Counted from the stretch's first letter, positions 1 to 8,720 are shown. The stretch is 64,000 nt of DNA from an uncultured Gammaproteobacteria bacterium (GCA_964650355.1 CAZYTL010000001.1:85552-149551); one strand, 5' to 3'. Program-made: numbers and translations. Notes: generated by a model not told the origin, from the sequence alone.

Positions 1-797
1 CTTTTTTCCATCGCTTGCTTGAAGGCGGCAATTAAATTAGGCAGATTCTTGCGCGGTTGTAGAGTTCCCAAGTATAAAATGTAGTCACCCGGAATCTGAT
101 ATTTTGCTTTTACCCGATTAATTTCCTCATCCGGTTGAGGGAAAAAGTAGTGCTGATGATCAATCCCCATATGGGCCACCGTCACTTGCTGGTCAAATTT
201 ATTGTAATGCTTCAAAATGTCATTCTTAGTGTGCTGAGAAATGGCGATCACATGATTGGCGCGATTCACGGACCGCTTGGTCCAGGATTTCAGTTGAGCC
301 AGATCCTGTTTCTTAAAGTATTCGGGGAAGTCAAAATAGGCCGTGTCTAAAATCATGGTTACCAAAGGCACAGGACAGATTAAGGGCGCGTAATGTCCGG
401 GAGAAAAAAATATATCTAACTTTGGCCTTTCAGACAACAACCGTAACGGTAACCTTAAAATAGTCCACATTCTTTGCATGGGAATCACCTTATATTGCCA
501 ATTATCAGTTGCTTTAGGTAGATCTTCCAAAGGGGTATTTTTAAGATAAACTATCCATTTGTGAGCGACTTCAACCCGGTCAGGATTTTCTTCGTCGGTT
601 AAAGTCTTTAACCCGTGCAGCAGCTTAAAAGCTACCATGTTTGAACCCACGCGTTGTTTCACATTGGCCTCATTACCGTCAATCCCGATTACTAATGGTT
701 GCCTTCCCTCCTCATGCAATTTTTCATCAGCATGAATCTCATGCAAGGTTTTCTGGTCGAGTTGTTTAACGGCGGGTTGGGGTTTATCGTCTGCCAT
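1..797 (-). CDS. Glycosyltransferase family 4 (GT-B fold), C-terminally truncated by window edge; ATG at 797
   Basis: Translation from 797 downward (MADDKPQPAVKQL...GIDGNEANV...LYLGTLQPRKNL) has no stop before position 1. The GIDGNEAN and GTxxPRKN motifs are typical of GT4. Its start abuts the Nudix stop at 800. Confidence 0.6.
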   Translation of the reverse strand, partial: MADDKPQPAVKQLDQKTLHEIHADEKLHEEGRQPLVIGIDGNEANVKQRVGSNMVAFKLLHGLKTLTDEENPDRVEVAHKWIVYLKNTPLEDLPKATDNWQYKVIPMQRMWTILRLPLRLLSERPKLDIFFSPGHYAPLICPVPLVTMILDTAYFDFPEYFKKQDLAQLKSWTKRSVNRANHVIAISQHTKNDILKHYNKFDQQVTVAHMGIDHQHYFFPQPDEEINRVKAKYQIPGDYILYLGTLQPRKNLPNLIAAFKQAMEK

Positions 798-799
798 CG

Positions 800-1267
800 T
801 TATAATTTACTTAACATTTTAATGCCTTGCTTAGCATAAAATTGGTCATCTTCACGAATATTGTATTCTGAATCTGATAATTCATCAAAAGTAAACCATT
901 TATACTCCTTATGTTCTTGGGTATTTAATTTAACTTTATCAGATTCCGGTCTAGCGTAATATACCATCTTAACATCCCGATGAGCTTCATTAACCTTAGA
1001 AAGGTTCATATAGACCGGAGTATATAGCGATTCAACTATGTCTTTATCTAAATTGAACCTGGGTTTATTACCATAGATCTTAACTTGTAATCCACACTCT
1101 TCTTTTATTTCTTTAAACAATGCTTGTTCAGGATTTTCGTTTAGTTCTATATGACCGCCTATCGGCAACCACCTGTTAAACAAATTATGAAAAACGAAGA
1201 GGACTTTATCCTTGTAAACGAGGTAAATTGCCACGGTAAAATCAATTAAATTGCGGCTATGAGGCAT
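800..1267 (-). CDS. NUDIX hydrolase
   Basis: Nudix box GGHIELNENPEQALFKEIKEECGL (GX5EX7REUXEEXGU). Confidence 0.8.
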   Translation of the reverse strand: MPHSRNLIDFTVAIYLVYKDKVLFVFHNLFNRWLPIGGHIELNENPEQALFKEIKEECGLQVKIYGNKPRFNLDKDIVESLYTPVYMNLSKVNEAHRDVKMVYYARPESDKVKLNTQEHKEYKWFTFDELSDSEYNIREDDQFYAKQGIKMLSKL

Positions 1268-1299
1268 ATTTAAACCAATTTTTATTTTTTCAGAACTAA

Positions 1300-1665
1300 T
1301 TAATAAAGTGGATAAACGTACAGATCAACCGGGTAAAACCACCTTAAAATTACAAAAATTTTAGCCATAGTGTAGAACATTGCCCATAAATTTATTAAAT
1401 AAATAAGCCATTTTACCAAAATAGATTTATTGCGGACTTTGATTGAAGAATAAACCAGATAAGGAAATCCTATCAGAATCCACAAAAGCAATAGTAACCG
1501 AAGTATATTGGTTAAAAATGTGAACAATCTTAGGAAAGCAAACTGTTCAAAGTCAGCCCGAATAACATACTTAAGTACCGCAGGTAACACCATAAAAGTA
1601 GAAATAAACACCGAAAGATAAATGACAATGATCAGAAAGTCAGATTTTTTGAACTTAAGACTCAT
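1300..1665 (-). CDS. Small polytopic membrane protein (121 aa), tandem paralog of 1740..2105
   Basis: Hydrophobic with about 4 TM segments. Same length and position as the neighbouring copy; lies next to the duplicated GT4 3' end relic. Confidence 0.45.
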   Translation of the reverse strand: MSLKFKKSDFLIIVIYLSVFISTFMVLPAVLKYVIRADFEQFAFLRLFTFLTNILRLLLLLWILIGFPYLVYSSIKVRNKSILVKWLIYLINLWAMFYTMAKIFVILRWFYPVDLYVYPLY

Positions 1666-1712
1666 AAATATTTAGAGTTTCTATGCGACTTTTTCCCAGC
1701 TAAATTTATAAA
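1663..1712. repeat. Relic copy of GT4 3' end (copy A of a ~45 bp duplication; copy B = 2094..2140)
   Basis: tcataaatatttagagtttc...tttttcccagctaaattt occurs at both sites with an 8 bp divergent core. Copy A reads KFSWEKVA* out of frame; copy B encodes the real C-terminus ...KFSWEKTARETLNIYEQD. Confidence 0.7.
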
Positions 1713-1739
1713 TGAACTTTAACCAAATGCAAGCCCTAA

Positions 1740-2105
1740 TTAATAACTGAAATCACCGAGACCAAAAGACGCTTGAACGAATAAAGCAACCACAAAAGCC
1801 GCAGCTGTAAATATGTAACCGATAAATACAAAGAGTAAATTTGATGCCATCATATTTACCGGGCGCTTTTTGAGCCAGTTAACGAGTAGGATCACCAAAC
1901 TTGTTAACCCATAAAGGCCATTAACTAAGACTACCAAGGCAAGCAGTATTTGTGCCACGTTCCAAGCAGAGAACAATAGTTGAGTAATTATTTCGCTTTG
2001 AGTTACATGTAAGATCAACAGTAATAAAACAACTACGGTATAAATTGTAGAAGCTCCGGTTGTCAGCCATAATATTTTATAACGATTAATTTTAATCTTG
2101 TTCAT
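1740..2105 (-). CDS. Small polytopic membrane protein (121 aa)
   Basis: Hydrophobic 4-TM ORF whose ATG overlaps the last codons of the GT4 gene 2092..3222. Confidence 0.45.
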   Translation of the reverse strand: MNKIKINRYKILWLTTGASTIYTVVVLLLLILHVTQSEIITQLLFSAWNVAQILLALVVLVNGLYGLTSLVILLVNWLKKRPVNMMASNLLFVFIGYIFTAAAFVVALFVQASFGLGDFSY

Positions 2106-3222
2106 AAATATTTAGAGTTTCCCTGGCCGTTTTTTCCCAGCTAAATTTCTTCAACTGCTCAAATCCTCTTTTAATTAATCTGTTTCTGTCCGCCGGTTTT
2201 AAGTTTAACATCTTTTGGATACCCTCACGAATACTATCGGTGGAGTAGGGGTCAACATAAATAGCCGCTTTACCTGCCACCTCAGGCATACTGGAAATTC
2301 TGGATGTGAGCACTGGTATTCCGCAGGCAAAAGCTTCTAAAATTGAAATTCCAAACCCCTCGTATAAAGATGGGTACAGGAAGCCGCTGGATCCGCAGTA
2401 AAGGCGGGGAAGGTCTTCGTCTGGTACATAACCTATCAGTTGCACATTGTCTGTTTTAACGAGGCTCTCACCCCATCCTACTTTGCCGGCAATGACTAGG
2501 TTAGTTTTCCCAAGAGGACCCCTTCGGGGCAGTTTTGAGTTTTGAAGATCAGAAAAAACTTTTAGTACGCTAGCGAGATTTTTCCTGGGTTCTCGAGTCC
2601 CCACCATCAATAAGTAGTTACCCTCAATTCCATATTTCTGTTTTACTTCCTTAACTTTGAATTTTGAACCTTGAACTTTGAATTTATCATCCACCGCTTC
2701 ATAAATTACCGTGCTCAGCTCTTCCGGATAGTGCAATAATTCAATCAAATCATCTTTAGTGGATTTTGATACCGCAACCACCTGCAGTTTCTTTTCTTTA
2801 GCTCTTTTCAAACGTTTGATCATCGTTTCTTTATAGGGATATTGCTGCAAATCCGGCCGTTTTAAAAAGAATAAATCATGAATAGTAAGAACTGTTTTCG
2901 CCTTCGTAGGAGCCAAACTCCAGTCCGGACTGTGATAAACATCAATCGGGCCGAGTAGTTTTTCCAGGCTTAAAATATGCCAATCGTTCCAGAGGACCAT
3001 TTGCATTTTAGGAGACAAAGGGAAAATTTTCAGCTGAAAATTTTCCCCTAAATTACTCTGTTGAAAAAACTCTTCCACTGCCTTTCTTTGCCTCAAAGTC
3101 CCGGCAAATAGCACATATTCATTCTGTCGATCAATCTTAGCCAACGCCCTCACCAAATTTTTGGTATACACCGACACGCCTGTACCGTAAACCACTGAAG
3201 AGATGTCAATCGCTATTCTCAT
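2092..3222 (-). CDS. Glycosyltransferase family 4
   Basis: GTREPRKNL motif, followed by EGFGISILEAFACGIPV (the E-X7-E motif of retaining GT4 enzymes). Confidence 0.85.
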   Translation of the reverse strand: MRIAIDISSVVYGTGVSVYTKNLVRALAKIDRQNEYVLFAGTLRQRKAVEEFFQQSNLGENFQLKIFPLSPKMQMVLWNDWHILSLEKLLGPIDVYHSPDWSLAPTKAKTVLTIHDLFFLKRPDLQQYPYKETMIKRLKRAKEKKLQVVAVSKSTKDDLIELLHYPEELSTVIYEAVDDKFKVQGSKFKVKEVKQKYGIEGNYLLMVGTREPRKNLASVLKVFSDLQNSKLPRRGPLGKTNLVIAGKVGWGESLVKTDNVQLIGYVPDEDLPRLYCGSSGFLYPSLYEGFGISILEAFACGIPVLTSRISSMPEVAGKAAIYVDPYSTDSIREGIQKMLNLKPADRNRLIKRGFEQLKKFSWEKTARETLNIYEQD

Positions 3223-3262
3223 GCAATTATTTTACCTTAATTTTACTTCTCACATTTTAGTT

Positions 3263-4744
3263 CTATCCTGTTTTTTGATACACAAACACAAATCCTACCC
3301 CTCTAAAGTTCAGAGTATCAGTTAATTCATATCCATGATTGACCAGCCAGTCCGGGATTTTTCTTTCTGGGTCGCTCAGATCCGACAGATACTCAAAGTG
3401 ATAGATCGTGTTTGCGCCTTTGAGTTGATGGTCCATGATTAAATTGGAGTCGTTATCAAATACTAAATGGGGGACTAAACCTAAAGCATGAACCCAGGGA
3501 ACAGTCACGAATTGACTTGCATACCAGCTATAGGGAGCAAAAGGTTCGGGAAATGCAAAAGTTACCATAGATCCAGGATTTTGGGCTACTTTTTCCTCCA
3601 CCGTTTTCACTGCCGTGCGCCAATCTTCCCTCTGAAAATTCGGATTGGCATAATACAGGTACGACCCTAACAAAGACATAATTACGACTCCGCTGGTCAG
3701 CACAGTCTTCACCCGGGCATGTTTGACTTGTTCAATGCCAATCGCCAGCAATAAATACATGGCCGGCAGGGTGAATATCAATCTCCACGGGCCATTCACC
3801 GGCACCCAAAAGGAAATTAACCAGGCAGCTACAATGGGCACAACTAACCAATACCAGAGAAGGCTGACTTTTTTTGAATTAATGCGCACCGTTTTGAACA
3901 ACAAAGGAACCACAAACAAGCCACTGACTAACACCAACCCTGCGTACAACCACTTGTTGCTGAATGTAATCCTGCCCAACACGAACTTAGCATAAGTTAA
4001 AGGAAAGGCTTTCCAGGCTCCCGGACTGCTTAAAGTTCTCCATCCGGGCCAGATAGAAGGCAACTTTACCCCTGATGAAAATTGAGTGAGAAATTGGGGA
4101 ACCCAAAAACTAAACCCCAAGAGCGAAACAAGTAAACTATTGAGCCATGGTCTGAAACTGCTTTTTTCAACCCGCCAAAGATATACAATTTCTACCACCA
4201 GCATCAAAGGCAACAAGTAAAAAGTATAAAAACAGGCGATCAGCACCAGGGTATGCCAGAACCAGCGTTTAGTCAGCAAACAATAAATCAGCAAACTTGC
4301 CAATAACGCGGCCAGACTATACATGCGCAACTCTTGAGAGTAATAAATGTGATAGGGAGCAATCGCCAATAAAAAAGCTGCCAAAACCCCTACAGATTTA
4401 CCCTGAGGAAACACATATTTTCCCTTCTGCTTTACAGAACCCAGTAAAAAAATGACCCCCACGTTAGCTACCCCCAGCATCGCCGGCAACAATCTTAACC
4501 ACCATTCGCCACTGCCCAAAACCATGGCAAAATGCACCAGATAATAAAACAACGGCGGTTGAAAATCAGTTTGTAACTGCCATTGAGCACTAAAGGGTCG
4601 GGCGCTGGCCATGGCCTGGGCAGCCTCGTCCAGCCAAAAAGATTGATCCAAATGAAATAACCGCATTAGCAGAGCCAACAACAGTATCGACAACAGGGTA
4701 TTAGAAATCCGGATTTTTGAGAAGGAAAAATTGCGCAGCTTCAT
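3263..4744 (-). CDS. GT-C fold membrane glycosyltransferase (ArnT/PMT, GT39/GT83-like)
   Basis: More than 10 TM helices. First extracytoplasmic loop carries FWLDEAAQ, the DE motif of ArnT/PMT family enzymes. Confidence 0.7.
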   Translation of the reverse strand: MKLRNFSFSKIRISNTLLSILLLALLMRLFHLDQSFWLDEAAQAMASARPFSAQWQLQTDFQPPLFYYLVHFAMVLGSGEWWLRLLPAMLGVANVGVIFLLGSVKQKGKYVFPQGKSVGVLAAFLLAIAPYHIYYSQELRMYSLAALLASLLIYCLLTKRWFWHTLVLIACFYTFYLLPLMLVVEIVYLWRVEKSSFRPWLNSLLVSLLGFSFWVPQFLTQFSSGVKLPSIWPGWRTLSSPGAWKAFPLTYAKFVLGRITFSNKWLYAGLVLVSGLFVVPLLFKTVRINSKKVSLLWYWLVVPIVAAWLISFWVPVNGPWRLIFTLPAMYLLLAIGIEQVKHARVKTVLTSGVVIMSLLGSYLYYANPNFQREDWRTAVKTVEEKVAQNPGSMVTFAFPEPFAPYSWYASQFVTVPWVHALGLVPHLVFDNDSNLIMDHQLKGANTIYHFEYLSDLSDPERKIPDWLVNHGYELTDTLNFRGVGFVFVYQKTG

Positions 4745-4827
4745 TGATGATGAGATGATGATACACCTTTAAGTCACTCCTTGCTGTCTGAGTGGAATTA
4801 GAGTTTTGAACCCGTCAGCTTTGATGA

Positions 4828-5682
4828 CTACTTCGCCTTATTTCCCAGCATAATCATTTCCATGATACCTAAACTGATCCCTAAATCAAAAATAAGCTTA
4901 AAAATAAAAAATAAGGGTTCCCTGTATTTTACCGATTTATAAAGCCCGATGACTAAACTGACCGGGAATGAGGCCCTTGCCAAAGCAACCAACTTACCCA
5001 CAAATTTGAGTTTATATTCTCTTTTGCCAACCCATTTCGCTTGCTGAAAGACGCCCGACAAGCGAGCCGGATTATGGTGATAAAATACTGCTCCGGGAGC
5101 GTGAATAGGTTTATAACCCAACTTTTTAACCAAAGTCCAAGTGTCGTTATAGCCCACATGGTCATACCCATTTACTCGCTGAAACTCTGACTTCAGGATG
5201 GCCCGAAAGTCTTCTCCCTTGTCAGGATAATTCAATGGCAATCTGCGCTTAGGTGCCAAATTTAGATTCCAATTCCAGCACCTGGCCCAGACATTGTCCC
5301 AGTTGGCCACAAACTCTTCCTTGCTAAAAGTCCCCTTGACAGCCTTCTGTTTGATTGGCTGAATCAAATGCTTAATAAAATCCTCGTCAAACTCCATGTC
5401 AGCGTCAACCAACACCAGTATTTCGCCTCTGGCCATCTTAGCGCCCTGATTCCTGGCAATCGCCGGACCCTGGTGAGCCTGATGCAACAACTTTACTTCA
5501 GGAAACTGCTTAATTCTCTTAACAGAAGCGTCTTTTGAGCCGTCATCCACCACAATGATTTCCATCTCATCATTGGTTTCCAGCTTTTGTTTTTGCAAAG
5601 ATGCCAAACATCTGCCGATGTACTTAGCTTCGTTATAAGTAGGGATGATCACCGAGATGAGCATGGATGCCAAGAAGAACAA
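4828..5682 (-). CDS. GT2 glycosyltransferase, polyprenyl-phosphate sugar synthase-like (DPM1/ArnC-like) with C-terminal TM
   Basis: ISVIIPTYNEAKYI, VVDDGSKD and VDADMEFDE (the DXD region), with a hydrophobic C-terminus. Confidence 0.8.
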   Translation of the reverse strand: MFFLASMLISVIIPTYNEAKYIGRCLASLQKQKLETNDEMEIIVVDDGSKDASVKRIKQFPEVKLLHQAHQGPAIARNQGAKMARGEILVLVDADMEFDEDFIKHLIQPIKQKAVKGTFSKEEFVANWDNVWARCWNWNLNLAPKRRLPLNYPDKGEDFRAILKSEFQRVNGYDHVGYNDTWTLVKKLGYKPIHAPGAVFYHHNPARLSGVFQQAKWVGKREYKLKFVGKLVALARASFPVSLVIGLYKSVKYREPLFFIFKLIFDLGISLGIMEMIMLGNKAK

Positions 5683-5804
5683 TAAACTTTCCTCATGAGT
5701 TTACCCCAACCCGGAAGGTAAGTAAATCAAGAGTCACACGGGGATTATTAGTTTTTTCAAACCGATAATTATGATATCACCAGGTTGGGTGGTAAAATAG
5801 CATC

Positions 5805-6497
5805 GTGGATCCCGATGATGACGATTACGATATTTTCAATCCTCAAATTGGAGGGGGCTCTATAATACCAAAGCATATGCCAAGCGAAGAAGAAAAACTA
5901 TATCACGAACTAATAGGTAAATATCAGGGGACCATAGGAGAAACAGGAACAACCACAGAAAAAGTGATGTGGGAATCTGTCAATGCAGTTTTGCAACAGT
6001 TGGTGGACAAAGGGCATAGCCATTACTCCAGATTCATGATAGAGCCAACCAAATTGGGGCCAAGTGATTTTGTCAACTTTGGTTCCTTTCGCTCACAACT
6101 CATGAGTGCTTTACAAAGAATGTCACAAGATTTCGATTTGGCAGATCCCAGTTATTTAATCTATGAACATATGCCTAAATCTAACGCACAGATAAGTAAT
6201 CAAGCAATCTCTTCACCCATTCAGAGCAATAACCAGAGTCAAACTCAACAGCAAAGCCAAGAAGTTGAATTGTCTATCGATCAGAGAATCTCGTTAATAG
6301 AACAAGAATTAGAAGAGAAACTTACTGAAGAACAGCTAACAGAAATAAAACCGACACTGGAGGAATTTAAAGCAGAACCGACTAAATGGAGTAAAGCTTC
6401 CAAACTAATCAAGGCTGTATTGGGACTCAGCAAAGATGTAGCTGTAGGTGTAATTTCAAATATTGTAGCTACTCAAATAGGTTTCCCCCAAGTTTAA
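5805..6497 (+). CDS. Hypothetical protein, acidic N-terminus (MDPDDDDYD), Q/S-rich linker and coiled-coil C-terminus
   Basis: ORF with coding-like composition and no recognisable catalytic motif. Confidence 0.45.
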   Translation: MDPDDDDYDIFNPQIGGGSIIPKHMPSEEEKLYHELIGKYQGTIGETGTTTEKVMWESVNAVLQQLVDKGHSHYSRFMIEPTKLGPSDFVNFGSFRSQLMSALQRMSQDFDLADPSYLIYEHMPKSNAQISNQAISSPIQSNNQSQTQQQSQEVELSIDQRISLIEQELEEKLTEEQLTEIKPTLEEFKAEPTKWSKASKLIKAVLGLSKDVAVGVISNIVATQIGFPQV

Positions 6498-6516
6498 GAT
6501 AGCTGTTTTTCTCTCC

Positions 6517-6612
6517 CTAATCATCGTCATCTTGATTCAACCAGGGCGGTAGTGTAGTTGTGGTCTTAGAAGAAGCTACTCTCGGTGGGGTAGAGGTTGA
6601 GCTAGATGTCAT
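6517..6612 (-). CDS. Micro-ORF, 31 aa (MTSSSTSTPPRVASSKTTTTLPPWLNQDDDD), ATGA-coupled to upstream gene
   Basis: Its ATG (6612-6610) overlaps the TGA stop (6611-6609) of the 6609..7238 gene. Ser/Thr-rich with a DDDD tail. Not in the ORF track because it is under 60 aa. Confidence 0.2.
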   Translation of the reverse strand: MTSSSTSTPPRVASSKTTTTLPPWLNQDDDD

Positions 6613-7238
6613 AGTTTAAGATCTTTAACCATACTTGGGTGAGGTAGTGAAGCACCCGATACTGGAGTTGAATATAGTTTTGCGATATCAGGATCTACTT
6701 TAAATTTTAGATTACCCTTAAATTGATTATTGTATCTGTTTACCATCAGCTCCATCAATTTTGTATCTGTTTTTAGAACCTTCTTAAGTTTTTCCACAGC
6801 CAATTTGAAAGCTTCGGCAAATTGGTCTGCGTCTAAAACTAAATGATTGTTTTCAACAGTGAAGGGATCTGCTTTAGTTCGACTAATTCCAGCTGCCTTT
6901 GCAAAGTAATTGTGAGCCAACCCGTTGCGGAAAATGTTTACAAAATTCCTTCTATGTGGTTTTAACTTTTCTTTGAAATCATCTGGAAAATAGTCATCAA
7001 TAAAACCCATTATGCTTGCTTGGGCATATCCTTTCTTGGGTAAGGACTTTCCTGAAAAAGTTAGTTGACCTAAGAATTCAACACATGCAAACGTATAGAG
7101 TGCAATGGGAAAATTGCAGTTACCAGCAGCTCCAGAGCGATGAGGAATGCTTGTTAGTCTCTCAAGATCGGTTAGCATCCAGCCATCAACGACTTCGGCT
7201 ATAAAATAATCTAAAATTACGGTCTTATTTTTGTCCAT
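6609..7238 (-). CDS. Hypothetical protein with HEPN-like Rx4HxY motif (possible Abi/HEPN RNase)
   Basis: IFRNGLAHNYF matches the HEPN R-X4-H signature. No other assignable domain. Confidence 0.45.
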   Translation of the reverse strand: MDKNKTVILDYFIAEVVDGWMLTDLERLTSIPHRSGAAGNCNFPIALYTFACVEFLGQLTFSGKSLPKKGYAQASIMGFIDDYFPDDFKEKLKPHRRNFVNIFRNGLAHNYFAKAAGISRTKADPFTVENNHLVLDADQFAEAFKLAVEKLKKVLKTDTKLMELMVNRYNNQFKGNLKFKVDPDIAKLYSTPVSGASLPHPSMVKDLKL

Positions 7239-7318
7239 ACAATTTTATCTTTGGTTCCAATTATACATTCCAGCCACATATTCTTAAAGTTTCTAGGCTC
7301 AAGTAGTAAAATAAGAGA

Positions 7319-8053
7319 ATGAAAGAGGAAGCTATCAAATTACTAGCCAAAACTGACGAAACTCTACTGCTCGGTAAAAAGGGATTAGCGAGAGTTACTG
7401 AAACAAATGAGGTTGAAAAAGAACTAAAGACTTTTTTGAATGCCAACTTAGATTTTGACTCAGAACTTGGCAGAGAATATGAGAAGTGGAGCAAAACCAC
7501 TATTTGGAAGACTATCCCAGGGGATGGTTTTGCAAATCAAAGCTATATATCTCCTATAATCATGTTGAGAGATTTCCTTACAAGGTTTTTGGACGTGAGC
7601 GATATTCAAGCACCGCCCACACAACAATATGTTAAAACTGGAGAGGTCTACACAGGAAGAAAAGTTTTGCGGGACATTTTAAGCCGAGCAAAAAATAAGA
7701 TTGACGTTCAAGATAACTATCTGGACCAAGAAATATTTGCCATCCTCCAACCATATTTTGAAAATAATGCAAATATCGAAGTTAGGCTCTTAACAAATCA
7801 AGCAAACAACGCTTTTAAATCCGACTTTGATGTTTTTAGTAAGCAGTATGGGAGAGCAAAAGCAAAGTACAACAATCAAGCCCACATCAGATTAATAATT
7901 TTAGATTCTAATGAGGTATTTAGTATTGGTCATTCCCTCAAAGACGTTGGAAAAAAAGCTGATGCAGTTTCAAAGATCGAGGATGATGATGCGAGGAAAA
8001 AGGCAATAGACGATTTTGAAAGTTGGTGGAAAAACGGGACTCAAATAAATTAA
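7319..8053 (+). CDS. Hypothetical protein (244 aa); weak PLD-like H-x-R-x4-D...G-H-S segment near C-terminus
   Basis: AHIRLIILDSNEVFSIGHS loosely resembles an HKD motif with R in place of K. Divergent from the HEPN-like gene. Confidence 0.45.
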   Translation: MKEEAIKLLAKTDETLLLGKKGLARVTETNEVEKELKTFLNANLDFDSELGREYEKWSKTTIWKTIPGDGFANQSYISPIIMLRDFLTRFLDVSDIQAPPTQQYVKTGEVYTGRKVLRDILSRAKNKIDVQDNYLDQEIFAILQPYFENNANIEVRLLTNQANNAFKSDFDVFSKQYGRAKAKYNNQAHIRLIILDSNEVFSIGHSLKDVGKKADAVSKIEDDDARKKAIDDFESWWKNGTQIN

Positions 8054-8209
8054 TTTTCGAAAGCGAAGTCTGACTAAAAGCCATTAGGGGTTCGAACCTC
8101 GTTACCGGTATTTCTCATTTCCAGGCTAACTCCTAAAAAACAAAAAACCTGGCTCGTATTTACCTCACTGAAGCTCTGGCGAAGCGGGTCAGATTATTTA
8201 TTTTCAGGC

Positions 8210-8467
8210 CTATTTGTCTAGTTTCTTCTGGGAGTACCCTTTTAGTTTTCTTCTTCCTGCCCCACTTTTCCACCAATTCTCTCGTTTTCTTGCTTCTTTT
8301 AATGATTCGAACTCTTCAATAAACAACACCCTAAAGGGAATTCTATGTTTTGTAGACTTAACTTGACCAGAATTATGTTGTTTAAGTCGCCTCGTGAAGT
8401 CGCTGGTTGAATCCACATATGTTCTGCCATCAGGCAAACTTTGCAGAATATACGTAGTAGCAGGCAT
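8210..8467 (-). CDS. GIY-YIG nuclease family protein (YhbQ/UPF0213-like, 85 aa)
   Basis: YILQSLPDGRTYVDSTSDFTRRLKQHN (GIY...YVG core) and the conserved R...E...K tail. Immediately downstream of tRNA-Gly. Confidence 0.75.
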   Translation of the reverse strand: MPATTYILQSLPDGRTYVDSTSDFTRRLKQHNSGQVKSTKHRIPFRVLFIEEFESLKEARKRENWWKSGAGRRKLKGYSQKKLDK

Positions 8468-8537
8468 TTTTATAATACAAGGGAGCGGGCCCCGCCCTCT
8501 GGGCGAGGTGCCTCGCTCAAGCGCCTTTGGCGACTTG

Positions 8538-8608
8538 AGCGGGATACGGGGGTCGAACCCGTCTTTCTACCTTGGGAAGGTAGCGTTGAGCCGCTCAACT
8601 AATCCCGC
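8538..8608 (-). tRNA. tRNA-Gly(CCC)
   Basis: Reverse complement GCGGGATTAGTTGAGCGGCTCAACGCTACCTTCCCAAGGTAGAAAGACGGGTTCGACCCCCGTATCCCGCT folds as a cloverleaf. Acceptor GCGGGAT/ATCCCGC, anticodon stem CTACC/GGTAG with loop TTCCCAA, T-arm ACGGG-TTCGACC-CCCGT. No encoded CCA. Confidence 0.75.
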
Positions 8609-8720
8609 GAAGTTTTGCCCATCTCCACTTTTTCTGGGCAATACAAACCAACGAGCTCTGTCCAGCAGGTGACATAGCTGACGGTTTAATTAATTAAAGA
8701 GTTCTACGAACGAGATCTGG

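Noticed and set aside
135-350. 71-aa ORF on the plus strand
   Set aside because: It lies entirely inside the minus-strand GT4 coding region (1..797), so it is a shadow ORF.
8062-8110. tRNA-like fragment containing GGTTCGAACC
   Set aside because: A T-loop-like palindrome is present, but no 5-bp T-stem, anticodon arm or acceptor stem can be drawn on either strand.
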